A stretch of DNA of 32,000 nucleotides, from contig CAYHYM010000002.1 of NCBI GenBank assembly GCA_964360965.1, positions 1 to 32,000 of the forward strand, written 5' to 3'. The position numbers and the translations under genes were made by a program. Below, in pieces: positions 15,831-23,800 of the stretch. Numbering within the stretch: the first letter of the stretch is position 1; each line of letters opens with the position of its first letter. The notes under the pieces were generated by a model that did no database searches, was not told the DNA's origin, and saw nothing but the letters and a program-made list of their open reading frames with translations. Source of the DNA: an uncultured Gammaproteobacteria bacterium. Lineage in GTDB: Bacteria > Patescibacteriota > Microgenomatia > Daviesbacterales > UBA10151.

Positions 15831-16381
15831 ATCTGAGTTAACTCCTTTTCCTTAGCTTCCCCCAACTCTTCCACCTCAAGTATTTCCTTATCAATCAGCT
15901 CCTGCAGCAGTCTTGCGCGCCTGAAATTCTCATCCTCACCAAATTGTCCCTGTCCCACCTGCTGCTGCCAGCCGTGACGGGTATCCTGGCGGATTTGTCT
16001 GATCTCCACTTTCACATTTTCCATTTTTTGATGAAGCAGTTTGATAAACTGCTCTCTTCGCTCCTCAGTCAGCGGTGGATGAGGCAGGCGTATCAGCTGA
16101 CCGTCGCTGACGGGATTTAACCCCAAATTTGATCCTTGAATTGCCTTGATAACATTATCAACCAAAGAGCTATCCCAAACCTGTACTATTAAAAGCGTGG
16201 GCTGCGGGGCTGAAATGGTTGCCACCTCATTAAGTTTCATCCTTCCCCCATAAGCTTCAACTAAGATTCCTTCCACCAGAGACGGATTGGCTCTGCCAGC
16301 CCTAATGCCGGCAATTTCCATCTTAAAATGATGAAGTGCATCCTCTATCTTTTGATTAACATCAGTTAAAACAGGGTCCAT
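15827..16381 (-). CDS. frr: ribosome recycling factor
   Basis: A 184-aa protein. IRAGRANPSLVEGILVEAYG...LNPVSDGQLIRLPHPPLTEERR is the RRF signature region. Confidence 0.93.
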   Translation of the reverse strand: MDPVLTDVNQKIEDALHHFKMEIAGIRAGRANPSLVEGILVEAYGGRMKLNEVATISAPQPTLLIVQVWDSSLVDNVIKAIQGSNLGLNPVSDGQLIRLPHPPLTEERREQFIKLLHQKMENVKVEIRQIRQDTRHGWQQQVGQGQFGEDENFRRARLLQELIDKEILEVEELGEAKEKELTQI

Positions 16382-16394
16382 AAATTAACTTAAT

Positions 16395-16449
16395 ACTAAA
16401 GACTGAATACTTAAAACTTTTTATTTTTTAGTCTTTAGTTTTCAGTCTT
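16395..16449. repeat. AT-rich inverted/direct repeat cluster in the tsf-frr spacer
   Basis: ACTAAAGACT (16395-16404) is the reverse complement of AGTCTTTAGT (16430-16439). AAGACTGAA (16399-16407) is the reverse complement of TTCAGTCTT (16441-16449). The two pairings are mutually exclusive. Confidence 0.7.
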
Positions 16450-16452
16450 AAG

Positions 16453-16938
16453 TTATTCCCCTAAAGCTATTCTTTCGAATTTTCCAACTCGGATATTTTC
16501 CCCCAATTTTCCAACTACAGATTTTACCAGCTGATCAACAGTCATCGAATTATCCCTAATATACTCCTGATTAAGTAATTCCTCAACAGATGAAGGTTTC
16601 ATGGAAGCAATTTGTAAGGTAAGCTCATGAGCCAAATTCTTAAAATCATCAGTCCTTGCAACAAAATCCGTTTCACAAAGAAGTTCCACTAAAACTCCCA
16701 CTTTCCCTCCATGGGAATAAACATCTACCACTCCAGCTTTAACTTCTCTTTCAGATTTGGAGATAGCTTTGTCCAATCCTTTCTGTTTTAAGATTTCTAA
16801 AGCTTTTTTAACTACCTCCTCTGAGTAACCTTTCTTCTTAGCTTCAACCAATTCTCTAGCAGCCTCTAATGCTTTCTTTACATCTGCTATTCCAGCACCT
16901 GTTTGTTCTCGAATTTTTTTTATATCTTTAATATCCAT
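16453..16938 (-). CDS. tsf: elongation factor Ts (short form, 161 aa)
   Basis: IKKIREQTGAGIADVKKALE (UBA-like N-domain) and LVELLCETDFVARTDDF core signature. I chose the ATG at 16938; the 21-aa ORF-track extension overlaps the rpsB 3' end. Confidence 0.88.
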   Translation of the reverse strand: MDIKDIKKIREQTGAGIADVKKALEAARELVEAKKKGYSEEVVKKALEILKQKGLDKAISKSEREVKAGVVDVYSHGGKVGVLVELLCETDFVARTDDFKNLAHELTLQIASMKPSSVEELLNQEYIRDNSMTVDQLVKSVVGKLGENIRVGKFERIALGE

Positions 16939-16951
16939 AGCGAACGAGTCT

Positions 16952-17653
16952 CTACAGCGTGAGCGGTGCGTGGGATTTACCTTCCTGATATGCCCCCACA
17001 ACTGCCTGTGTGATTATTTTAATTGATTTGATGGCATCATCATTGCCCGGAATAGGAAAATCCAGCAGGGTTGGATCAGCATTTGAATCTGCAATGGCCA
17101 CCAATTTAACACCAATTCTGTTAGCCTCATTTACAGCAATTCTGTCTTTTTGGGCATCAATTAAAAATAGGGCATCCGGAATTTTACCTAAATTCTCCAC
17201 CCCTCCATAATCACGCTCCAATTTTAATACCTCTCTATCTATCAGCATCTGCTCTTTTTTGGTAAATTTATTAAGCTCCCCTTTTGATCTTTTCTCTTTT
17301 AGCTCTTTTAATTTTTTGATATTTTTGGAAACTTCTTCAAAATTGGTCAGAAATCCGCCTATCCAACGATTTGCCATATACGGCGCTGCTACAATTTTGG
17401 CCAGCTCTTCCACCACTGCTTGAGACTGCTTTTTAGTACCCACCAAAAGTAAAACTCCACCTGTTTGGCCCAAATTATATACATAATCACAAGCCTCTTT
17501 CAGGTATTTTTCCGTTAAAGTCAAATCTATTATTTGAACTCCTTCTCTGGCTCCATAAATATATGGACCCATTTTGGGGTTACCGCGGGAAACCCGGTGT
17601 CCAAAATGAACACCAGCCTCAAGAAGTTGTTTGGCTGTTGGAACTTTAAACAT
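16952..17653 (-). CDS. rpsB: 30S ribosomal protein S2
   Basis: QLLEAGVHFGH...NPKM N-terminal signature, then LLVGTKKQ and IDAQKD...AVNEANRIGV. I chose the ATG at 17653 because it gives the usual ~8 residues before LLEAGVHFGH and lies downstream of the predicted promoter. Confidence 0.9.
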   Translation of the reverse strand: MFKVPTAKQLLEAGVHFGHRVSRGNPKMGPYIYGAREGVQIIDLTLTEKYLKEACDYVYNLGQTGGVLLLVGTKKQSQAVVEELAKIVAAPYMANRWIGGFLTNFEEVSKNIKKLKELKEKRSKGELNKFTKKEQMLIDREVLKLERDYGGVENLGKIPDALFLIDAQKDRIAVNEANRIGVKLVAIADSNADPTLLDFPIPGNDDAIKSIKIITQAVVGAYQEGKSHAPLTL

Positions 17654-17724
17654 ATCAGTCTCTTGTACCTCCTCAAGGTTTGTGGCCTCAGAGACTTTAA
17701 CCACCTTGAGTGTATAATGAGGGG

Positions 17725-17753
17725 AGTATATCAGGACTAGCCCCAAGAGTCAA
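17725..17753 (-). promoter_or_regulatory. sigma70-like promoter, TTGACT-17-TATACT, for rpsB-tsf
   Basis: On the minus strand, TTGACT is at 17753-17748 and TATACT at 17730-17725, with a 17-nt spacer. Confidence 0.45.
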
Positions 17754-17917
17754 CGTCTGCCATCTTGAGGGACTCTCCTCATCTGCCTTCTAATCTGTCT
17801 ATCTTGTTCAAGAATTGGTACTGGTTCCAACCGAAAGGTGGAAAATCTGGGATGAAATCTGACAAACTTATTCTTTATTAGTCAATGGGGAAATTTAATA
17901 TACGGCGAATTTTATTG

Positions 17918-17932
17918 CCGATACAGTATCGG
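17918..17932. repeat. perfect 7-1-7 palindrome CCGATAC-N-GTATCGG
   Basis: CCGATACAGTATCGG lies 35 nt downstream of the thyX-like stop. A related half-copy, seen on the minus strand as GATACTGTTTCG, lies closer to that stop. Confidence 0.7.
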
Positions 17933-17966
17933 AATAAATATAACGAAACAGTATCAACTTGGAAAT

Positions 17967-19688
17967 TCAGCTTCTATCAAAGAATTCTACTTTTGAGGCA
18001 GGGTCAGGACGTTGATCTAACTTAATACCAGAAAGATAGAGATCAGAGTTAGCAATTAGCTGATTGGCTTCATATGCTAATGCCCGATAGTTGATATGTC
18101 CACCAGGTCTATATCTTAAGTCAGTAAAATAGAGAGCCTGTTTAGGATTACCATGCATATAAAAATCAACCATTTGGCCAAGTGGCATCACGTTGGCTAC
18201 AAAGCTAAAGTCTGCTTTATCTCCATATTCAGTTTGTACTTTATCCATTAAACTATATACTCCCTCATAATACCTCTCCATGTCAGTAGTAAAATCTTCT
18301 GCCTGCTCTTCAAACTGATCAACAGCCACTAAATATAATGGCAAACCAAAGCCTTTACAGAGTACCTGTTCTGCTTTCTGTCTACCCCAGGCTTCACCAT
18401 AAAGCAGTGGCATAGGCATAAATCTACCCCAGGCTCTTTGTCTGTTAAAATCTCTTTGCACTCCTAAATCAGCAAACACTTGTAAGGTTATATCAGTAAC
18501 AGCAGCCATATAGGAAGGCTCTCGGTACTTATCATGACCATTAAAAATAATTTGACTAATGCGACGTTTAGTTTCATCACTTCTGGTGGACAACCAGCCG
18601 TTGACTACCTCAGCTGGAAGAGCTGGCCAGAGAGTTTGTACGTACTGCATAGCTACCCTTTCCCCCAAACTTATTTGACCCGGTAACAAATTGATTACCT
18701 GCTCTTTTCTTTGAGGAAAACTACCATAGGCTTTAGCAACTCTGAGCAAATCTTCTTTACCCCCAATAAATGTTTTTAACTGCCTTAAGTTTTCATTAAC
18801 TGTATTATCTGCTTCGGTATGTCTAATTAAACTGGGTGATTCAGCTTTAAAGATAAGTAATTTTTCAGTCTCTGCATCAGGAGCCAAAAAGGCTTCTAGT
18901 TGATTAGCATATCTCCTGTAAAAGGGCACATGTGAAGCCTGAAGTAGAGAAATTATTCTAGACCAGTCTCTAGAGGAGGTCTCGTAAGAAAAACCAGTGC
19001 CCTGGCCAAACAGCAAAAAGTATCTGGCAGAGTCCAGTACCCGAGAGTTCAGTGCTCCTTTTTGACTGGCATCTGGCTGATAAAATTCTTCATAGGCAGA
19101 AGTTAACTTTTCCCTGTGTTTAGCAAATAACTCTAATGAGAGTCCTCCCAATCCTTGATATTCTTCTTCAATCTCTGGGTTCATTTCATCTATAGGTAAA
19201 TAGTTACTCAGTGGATGAAGTACTGCTCTTCTAAAAGAGGGCTGGTAACGGGTGGATTTTTCCTGACCAGAGATGATGTAACCTTCATGAAACATAGTAA
19301 AAGCTAGGTGCATGGGGGTTAAGTGATGGTCTACCTGAATTCTGGCCATATCTCCTACCGACTTATGTCCATATCCAGCAAACATATCATCAATCTTTTG
19401 ATCAGGATCCACTCCTTTTTCACCCATTTCATGATAAATGTCCCAAGGAGTTCCCGGGGCTCTGGATTGCCTGGCTCCACCCCAAGCTTTATGGGCAGCC
19501 GTTCTTTTTTCAGGATTAGCTAGAGGGGAAGTTACTACAACTCCACTCTGTAGATCTTCCATACAGATCATATCCAATCCTGTCTGATCAGCTGAATACC
19601 TAAACCAGCGATAACCATTATGAGTTAATTCTTTAATTGGTAATAATTCTTGCTGCTCAGACATGTATTCCTCGTATTCCTTTGGCAA
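17967..19688 (-). CDS. ThyX-like flavin-dependent thymidylate synthase homologue, internally duplicated (573 aa)
   Basis: There are two ThyX-like units. Unit 1 has YGHKSVGDMARIQV...MFHEGYIISGQEKSTRY and ...LDSARYFLLFGQGT...SSRDWSRII. Unit 2 has NGHDKY...ITLQVFADLGVQRDFNRQRAW and ...NPKQALYFTDLRYRPGGHINYRALAYEAN. The canonical RHR-x7-S-x-RY signature is split between them: unit 1 keeps SxRY and unit 2 keeps RxR. An alternative ATG exists at 19664. Confidence 0.6.
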   Translation of the reverse strand: MPKEYEEYMSEQQELLPIKELTHNGYRWFRYSADQTGLDMICMEDLQSGVVVTSPLANPEKRTAAHKAWGGARQSRAPGTPWDIYHEMGEKGVDPDQKIDDMFAGYGHKSVGDMARIQVDHHLTPMHLAFTMFHEGYIISGQEKSTRYQPSFRRAVLHPLSNYLPIDEMNPEIEEEYQGLGGLSLELFAKHREKLTSAYEEFYQPDASQKGALNSRVLDSARYFLLFGQGTGFSYETSSRDWSRIISLLQASHVPFYRRYANQLEAFLAPDAETEKLLIFKAESPSLIRHTEADNTVNENLRQLKTFIGGKEDLLRVAKAYGSFPQRKEQVINLLPGQISLGERVAMQYVQTLWPALPAEVVNGWLSTRSDETKRRISQIIFNGHDKYREPSYMAAVTDITLQVFADLGVQRDFNRQRAWGRFMPMPLLYGEAWGRQKAEQVLCKGFGLPLYLVAVDQFEEQAEDFTTDMERYYEGVYSLMDKVQTEYGDKADFSFVANVMPLGQMVDFYMHGNPKQALYFTDLRYRPGGHINYRALAYEANQLIANSDLYLSGIKLDQRPDPASKVEFFDRS

Positions 19689-20316
19689 TTAGCTTTGGTT
19701 TTATACAAAGTATAATCCTTTCATGGACTGATTTTATGTCCTCGGTTCCATCTAATAAAACTGCATTGGGATGTTCTTTAGTATATTCTAAATACCCCTC
19801 TCTTAATTTTTTAGAAAACTCTAATCCCTGATGTTCATATATTAAATCTTGCCCCTGCCGATCTTCATTTGATCTCCTTCTAAAACTTTCTTCTGCCGGA
19901 ATATCTAGCACCACAGAAACATCTGGCTGATACTTGTATCCTACAACTAGCCTACTAAGACTCTGGACAAAATCTGTAGCACCCTGAGTATATCCCTGAT
20001 AGACATAAGTTGATGGCTCAAAACGGTCTGTAATAACTGTTACCCCCGATGATAAATTTGGCTCCACTATACTTTTAAGAAACTCTACTCTAGCAGCATA
20101 GAAAAGCAAAGCCTGAGCCTGAGGATCCATCATTTTATCTCTTTTCTTAAGTAAAATCTCTCTAATTTCTTCACCCACTTCTGTTCCACCTGGCTCTCTG
20201 GTTTGCACAACAGGTAAACCTTTACCCTCCAAATATTCTTTCAATAAACCAGACTGAGTAGTTTTACCAGAGTTATCAATTCCTTCAATAACAATAAATA
20301 ATCCTTTTTCAACCAT
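19657..20316 (-). CDS. tmk: dTMP (thymidylate) kinase
   Basis: P-loop FIVIEGIDNSGKTTQ, TREPGGT and the DRF motif (VITDRFEPS). The ATG at 20316 gives an 8-nt overlap (ATGGTTGA) with the dcd stop. The ORF-track start is 20334. Confidence 0.88.
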   Translation of the reverse strand: MVEKGLFIVIEGIDNSGKTTQSGLLKEYLEGKGLPVVQTREPGGTEVGEEIREILLKKRDKMMDPQAQALLFYAARVEFLKSIVEPNLSSGVTVITDRFEPSTYVYQGYTQGATDFVQSLSRLVVGYKYQPDVSVVLDIPAEESFRRRSNEDRQGQDLIYEHQGLEFSKKLREGYLEYTKEHPNAVLLDGTEDIKSVHERIILCIKPKLIAKGIRGIHV

Positions 20317-20953
20317 GAAGTACTCCATTTCCATTTATGAAATTTTTCCAATATTCACTCGGTATTGGTCTGGGGTCTTCTGAATACTCATTACTATATC
20401 TTTTACTCCCTAAAGAGGGATCTCCATATAAAACATCCGCCGGAGAAGATAAAATTGAAAACCTCATCTGTCCTACCGGCATATTTGGATAGACAATGAT
20501 CGGTCTCTCAGTTAGATTAGTTATTTCCAAAGTGCCGTGTCCCCTAAAACCAGGATCAAAAAATCCAGCTGTAGCATGGACCACAAAGCCAAGTCTGCCT
20601 AAGCTGCTTTTTCCATCTAAATTACCTATCAACTGTGCAGGAAAACCAATCCACTCACGAGTAACTCCTAAGAAAAATTCTCTTGGATGTATAGCATGCC
20701 CCCTAACTGGATCAATAACTTCATAGTCATAAAAATCTTCTACTGGCTTTTTAAGATCTATAGCCGCCTCTCGTACTCTACCTCTGGAAATAAAGGCCAA
20801 TGTTCTGGCCAAGTGTAACTCAAGAGAGGCGGGTTGAATATCTAAAGCACAAGGAGCCTTTATCTCTATAAGTCCTGAATCAATCGCTAGTTTAATATCT
20901 GGACGGGATAAAACTGCACCTGGGTATTTTAGGAAATGTAACTCTTCTACCAT
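20309..20953 (-). CDS. dcd: dCTP deaminase (Dcd family; possibly bifunctional dCTP deaminase-dUTPase)
   Basis: LDGKSSLGRLGFVVHATAGFFDPGFRGHGTLEITN matches the Dcd core (LDGRSSLARLG...H.TA..IDPG..G...LE..N), including the catalytic Glu. Confidence 0.85.
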   Translation of the reverse strand: MVEELHFLKYPGAVLSRPDIKLAIDSGLIEIKAPCALDIQPASLELHLARTLAFISRGRVREAAIDLKKPVEDFYDYEVIDPVRGHAIHPREFFLGVTREWIGFPAQLIGNLDGKSSLGRLGFVVHATAGFFDPGFRGHGTLEITNLTERPIIVYPNMPVGQMRFSILSSPADVLYGDPSLGSKRYSNEYSEDPRPIPSEYWKNFINGNGVLHG

Positions 20954-21034
20954 AAGCTTGTCACACAGCGCTAAATCAATTTATACAAAATGGGGAAATT
21001 TTTCAAGTCCCCAAAATGGGTTTATATCAGTAAA

Positions 21035-21544
21035 TTAATCTCTTTTGCTGGGTTCTAGGTAGAAAAGATTAGCTCCTCTTTTCTTCCACTGATTTACTAT
21101 TTCAGCTCTGGTAGTATTTGGCCAATAAACTGATACAGCCACAAAGTTAACTTTAAGTTTCTCACTAACTTGAACTAAAGTATCTAATAACTTTTCACCC
21201 ACTGTTTCTTCACCAATCAGATGAGGTATCTCCACAATACCTGTCGGTGATTTTCCAAAAGATGGAGGACAAACTAAAAAAGACTCATCATATGGACTAA
21301 ATTTACGTCCTTCTAAAACATACTGATAAAAGTGATTTCTTCTAGCCCCCAAAGGATACATTGACTCCACCACGGTAGCTGATAATTTTTCTAAATCACC
21401 TAACCCTTGACAGGAAATTAGATTTAACCTTGAAAGTAGAACTGCAGCATATAAAGGGTCAAGGTAGTTTAAATTAATTATTGTTTCACCAAGCGGAGTA
21501 GTAGGATAAAGTGGCCTTTGAACTTCAACTCGGTCAATTACCAT
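21035..21544 (-). CDS. hypothetical protein (169 aa), first gene of the dcd-tmk-thyX-like cluster
   Basis: ORF track, same strand, 81 nt upstream of dcd. No motif recognised. Confidence 0.6.
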   Translation of the reverse strand: MVIDRVEVQRPLYPTTPLGETIINLNYLDPLYAAVLLSRLNLISCQGLGDLEKLSATVVESMYPLGARRNHFYQYVLEGRKFSPYDESFLVCPPSFGKSPTGIVEIPHLIGEETVGEKLLDTLVQVSEKLKVNFVAVSVYWPNTTRAEIVNQWKKRGANLFYLEPSKRD

Positions 21545-21576
21545 AAATTTTGGGGAGATTTTTAGGGGCCCCCTTT

Positions 21577-21605
21577 AAACTATCAAGTACCCATGTTTTT
21601 GTCAA
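21577..21605 (-). promoter_or_regulatory. possible promoter, TTGACA-17-TAGTTT
   Basis: On the minus strand, TTGACA is at 21605-21600 and TAGTTT at 21582-21577. It lies between the topA stop (21640) and the 169-aa ORF start (21544). Confidence 0.35.
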
Positions 21606-21639
21606 GGAGTAACAACCATCTACACACCTTGGATGTGTG

Positions 21640-23700
21640 CTAGGTAGACACCTTAGTATTATCCCTACCTTTCGGCTTTGTCCAACTAGCATATTTGCAC
21701 TTGGGCCAGTTTTTACAGCCATAAAAAGTTCTACCTTTGCGGGTTCTTCTGACCACAACCTCTCCACCATCATCAGGACATAAACCTGCTATTTTTTCTT
21801 CCAAAGATTCTGTATATTTACATTCAGGAAATCCGGAACAGGCCAAAAACTTGCCGAATTTGCCTGTCCGGACTATCAGTTCTTTACCACAATCCGGACA
21901 TTTTTTACCTGCATACTCCACAACCAATTTAACTTTCTCGGCAGTTTCAATAATCTCTGCCAATTTTTTGGCAAAAGGAGTATAAAACTCTCTTAAGGTG
22001 GGCACCCATGATCTCTCTCCTCTGGAGATCTCATCCAACTCATCCTCCATTTGGGCGGTGAATTGATAATCCACTATATCGGCAAAATTTTTAACCAGAA
22101 AATCAGTCACAGCAAACCCCAATGCAGTGGGAATAAACCTTCGCAGCTGCCTTTCCACATAAAATCTGTCCACAATTATGGATAAAATTGCAGCATAGGT
22201 AGAAGGCCTGCCAATGCCCAACTCCTCTAATTTTTTAATTAAAGATGCTTCAGTATATCTTGGAGGTGGTTCTGTGAAATGCTGTCCAGGAATGATCTGG
22301 ATCAGATTAAGTGGATCATTTTGTGAAAGCTTTGGTAAAACTTGTTTTTTCTCTTCACCATCTTCCCTTGACTCGCCGGAGCCTTCGGCGGAGGCGGTTT
22401 CTGCCTCTTTGCCATATAATTTTAACCAGCCATCGAACTTAATCACAGAACCAGTTGCTCTTAGCAAGTACACCTCGAAGGAGTCAAAGCCCACCTTCGA
22501 GGTGGAGGCCTTCACATCCACTGTGGTTTGATCCATCACTGCTTCATTCATCTGACAGGCCACAAATCTTTTCCAAATTAGATCATATAGCCTGACATGA
22601 TCCCTGTTCATCCCTGGTAAGCTTCGCAAGGCCTGGCCTTGCGTGCGTACATCAGTCGTCCTTATCGCCTCATGAGCTTCTTGTATATTTTTGGCTTTGG
22701 ATTTGTATAATCTTGGGCTTTTGGGTAAATATTGTCTACCAAACTCTTTACCAATAAATTCTCTGGCAGATGCAATTGCCTGGGACGCAAGATTTACTGA
22801 ATCAGTTCTCATATAAGTGATTAAACCCCGCTCATAGAGATTTTGGGCCAGCATCATGGCACGCCTGGCGCTAAATCCTAGCCTGTTTGAGGCTGTTTGC
22901 TGCAGGGTGGAGGTGGTAAATGGAGGAAAAGGGTAGCGGCGAACTTCTTTTTTGGTAACTTTGGCAATCTGATAATCTGCTTTTTGCAGATTTTTTACAT
23001 GCCCATCAGCTTCATTTTTATTTTTAATGGTTAATTTTTTACCATTTTGTTCTATTAAGATTGCAGTAAAGGAGGCGAAGTCTGAGCCAACCAACCCCAA
23101 TATAGCTTCAATTATCCAGTACTCCTGAGGTTTAAAAGTGGTAACTTCTCTTTCTCTTTCAACCACAAGGCGTAGCGCCACAGACTGCACCCTTCCGGCA
23201 GACAAACCCCTTTTAACTTTTTGCCAAAGAAGTGGAGATAATTTATAACCAACCAATCTATCCAAAACTCTCCTGGCTTGTTGAGCATCAACCAGTTTTA
23301 GGTCAATGCCACGAGGATTCTCGAAGGCTTCTTTAATGGCCTCTGGAGTAATCTCATGGAAGACCACTCTTTTAATGTCTTTGCTGATACTCCGATCCAC
23401 TGACCCACTGACTAACTGGGCTATATGCCAGGCAATGGCCTCACCTTCCCGATCAGGATCTGTGGCTAGCCAAAGTGTTTTGGTTCCTTTAGCAATTTTT
23501 TTTAAGTTATTAACAGTTTTTAATTTGGCTTTGGGAATAATATATCTAGGTTCAAAATTATGTTCCACATCCACTCCCAAATCGCCTTTGGGCAAATCTC
23601 TTACATGCCCCATGGAAGCCTCAATTTGATATTTATCACCTAAAAAGCTCTGGAGGGTGCGCGCCTTAACAGGTGACTCAACTATCACTAAATTCTGCAT
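21640..23700 (-). CDS. topA: DNA topoisomerase I
   Basis: Toprim start LVIVESPVKA, DPDREGEAI, the active-site region LITYMRTDS, and two C-terminal C4 zinc fingers (CPDCG...CSGFPEC and CPDDGG...CKNWPKC). The start at ATG 23700 is preceded by AAGGAG at 7-nt spacing. Confidence 0.93.
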   Translation of the reverse strand: MQNLVIVESPVKARTLQSFLGDKYQIEASMGHVRDLPKGDLGVDVEHNFEPRYIIPKAKLKTVNNLKKIAKGTKTLWLATDPDREGEAIAWHIAQLVSGSVDRSISKDIKRVVFHEITPEAIKEAFENPRGIDLKLVDAQQARRVLDRLVGYKLSPLLWQKVKRGLSAGRVQSVALRLVVEREREVTTFKPQEYWIIEAILGLVGSDFASFTAILIEQNGKKLTIKNKNEADGHVKNLQKADYQIAKVTKKEVRRYPFPPFTTSTLQQTASNRLGFSARRAMMLAQNLYERGLITYMRTDSVNLASQAIASAREFIGKEFGRQYLPKSPRLYKSKAKNIQEAHEAIRTTDVRTQGQALRSLPGMNRDHVRLYDLIWKRFVACQMNEAVMDQTTVDVKASTSKVGFDSFEVYLLRATGSVIKFDGWLKLYGKEAETASAEGSGESREDGEEKKQVLPKLSQNDPLNLIQIIPGQHFTEPPPRYTEASLIKKLEELGIGRPSTYAAILSIIVDRFYVERQLRRFIPTALGFAVTDFLVKNFADIVDYQFTAQMEDELDEISRGERSWVPTLREFYTPFAKKLAEIIETAEKVKLVVEYAGKKCPDCGKELIVRTGKFGKFLACSGFPECKYTESLEEKIAGLCPDDGGEVVVRRTRKGRTFYGCKNWPKCKYASWTKPKGRDNTKVST

Positions 23701-23715
23701 AAAATACTCCTTATT

Positions 23716-23755
23716 GTCATTCTGAGTGTAACGAAGAATCTCTTGCGAATGCAAG
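23716..23755. repeat. GTCATTCTGAG...GAAGAATC family repeat plus a CTTGC/GCAAG hairpin
   Basis: GTCATTCTGAGTGTAACGAAGAATC at 23716-23740 resembles 24477-24503. CTTGC-GAAT-GCAAG lies at 23742-23755. Confidence 0.8.
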
Positions 23756-23778
23756 TACTATTGTAGTGATGTTGTCAA

Positions 23779-23797
23779 GGGTCGCCGAAGGCGACCC
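23779..23797. repeat. GC-rich perfect hairpin, 8-bp stem and 3-nt loop
   Basis: GGGTCGCC-GAA-GGCGACCC. It is not followed by a T-run on the minus strand, so it is not a canonical intrinsic terminator. Confidence 0.8.
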
Positions 23798-23800
23798 GCA

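Noticed and set aside
16939-17001. 21-codon N-terminal extension of tsf overlapping the rpsB 3' end
   Set aside because: The EF-Ts N-domain begins at MDIKDIKKIREQTGAG. The extension (MWGHIRKVNPTHRSRCRDSFA) has no EF-Ts similarity and would overlap rpsB by 50 nt.
17654-17746. 31-codon N-terminal extension of rpsB
   Set aside because: It would begin upstream of the predicted -10 box at 17725-17730. The S2 signature starts about 8 residues after the ATG at 17653.
17747-17966. 220-nt intergenic region as a possible tRNA or structured ncRNA gene
   Set aside because: I found no cloverleaf-compatible arms or conserved T-loop/D-loop sequences and no extended helices. It is better explained by the end of the thyX-like transcript plus the rpsB promoter and leader.
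17967-21544. dcd/tmk/thyX-like cluster as a phage-derived DNA hypermodification island
   Set aside because: There are no phage structural, integrase or glycosyl/amino-transfer genes nearby. The three recognisable enzymes form the ordinary de novo dTTP route, and the flanks are core genes (topA, rpsB). I kept it only as an atypical housekeeping module.
21534-21773. 79-aa minus-strand ORF overlapping the topA 3' end and the topA to 169-aa spacer
   Set aside because: It is out of frame with the TopA zinc-finger region, which is clearly coding. It spans the predicted promoter and its sequence is unremarkable. Probably spurious.
23701-23754. 18-codon N-terminal extension of topA in the ORF track (MHSQEILRYTQNDNKEYF)
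   Set aside because: The extension is the translation of a family-B repeat. The ATG at 23700 has a good AAGGAG Shine-Dalgarno sequence and yields the canonical Toprim N-terminus.
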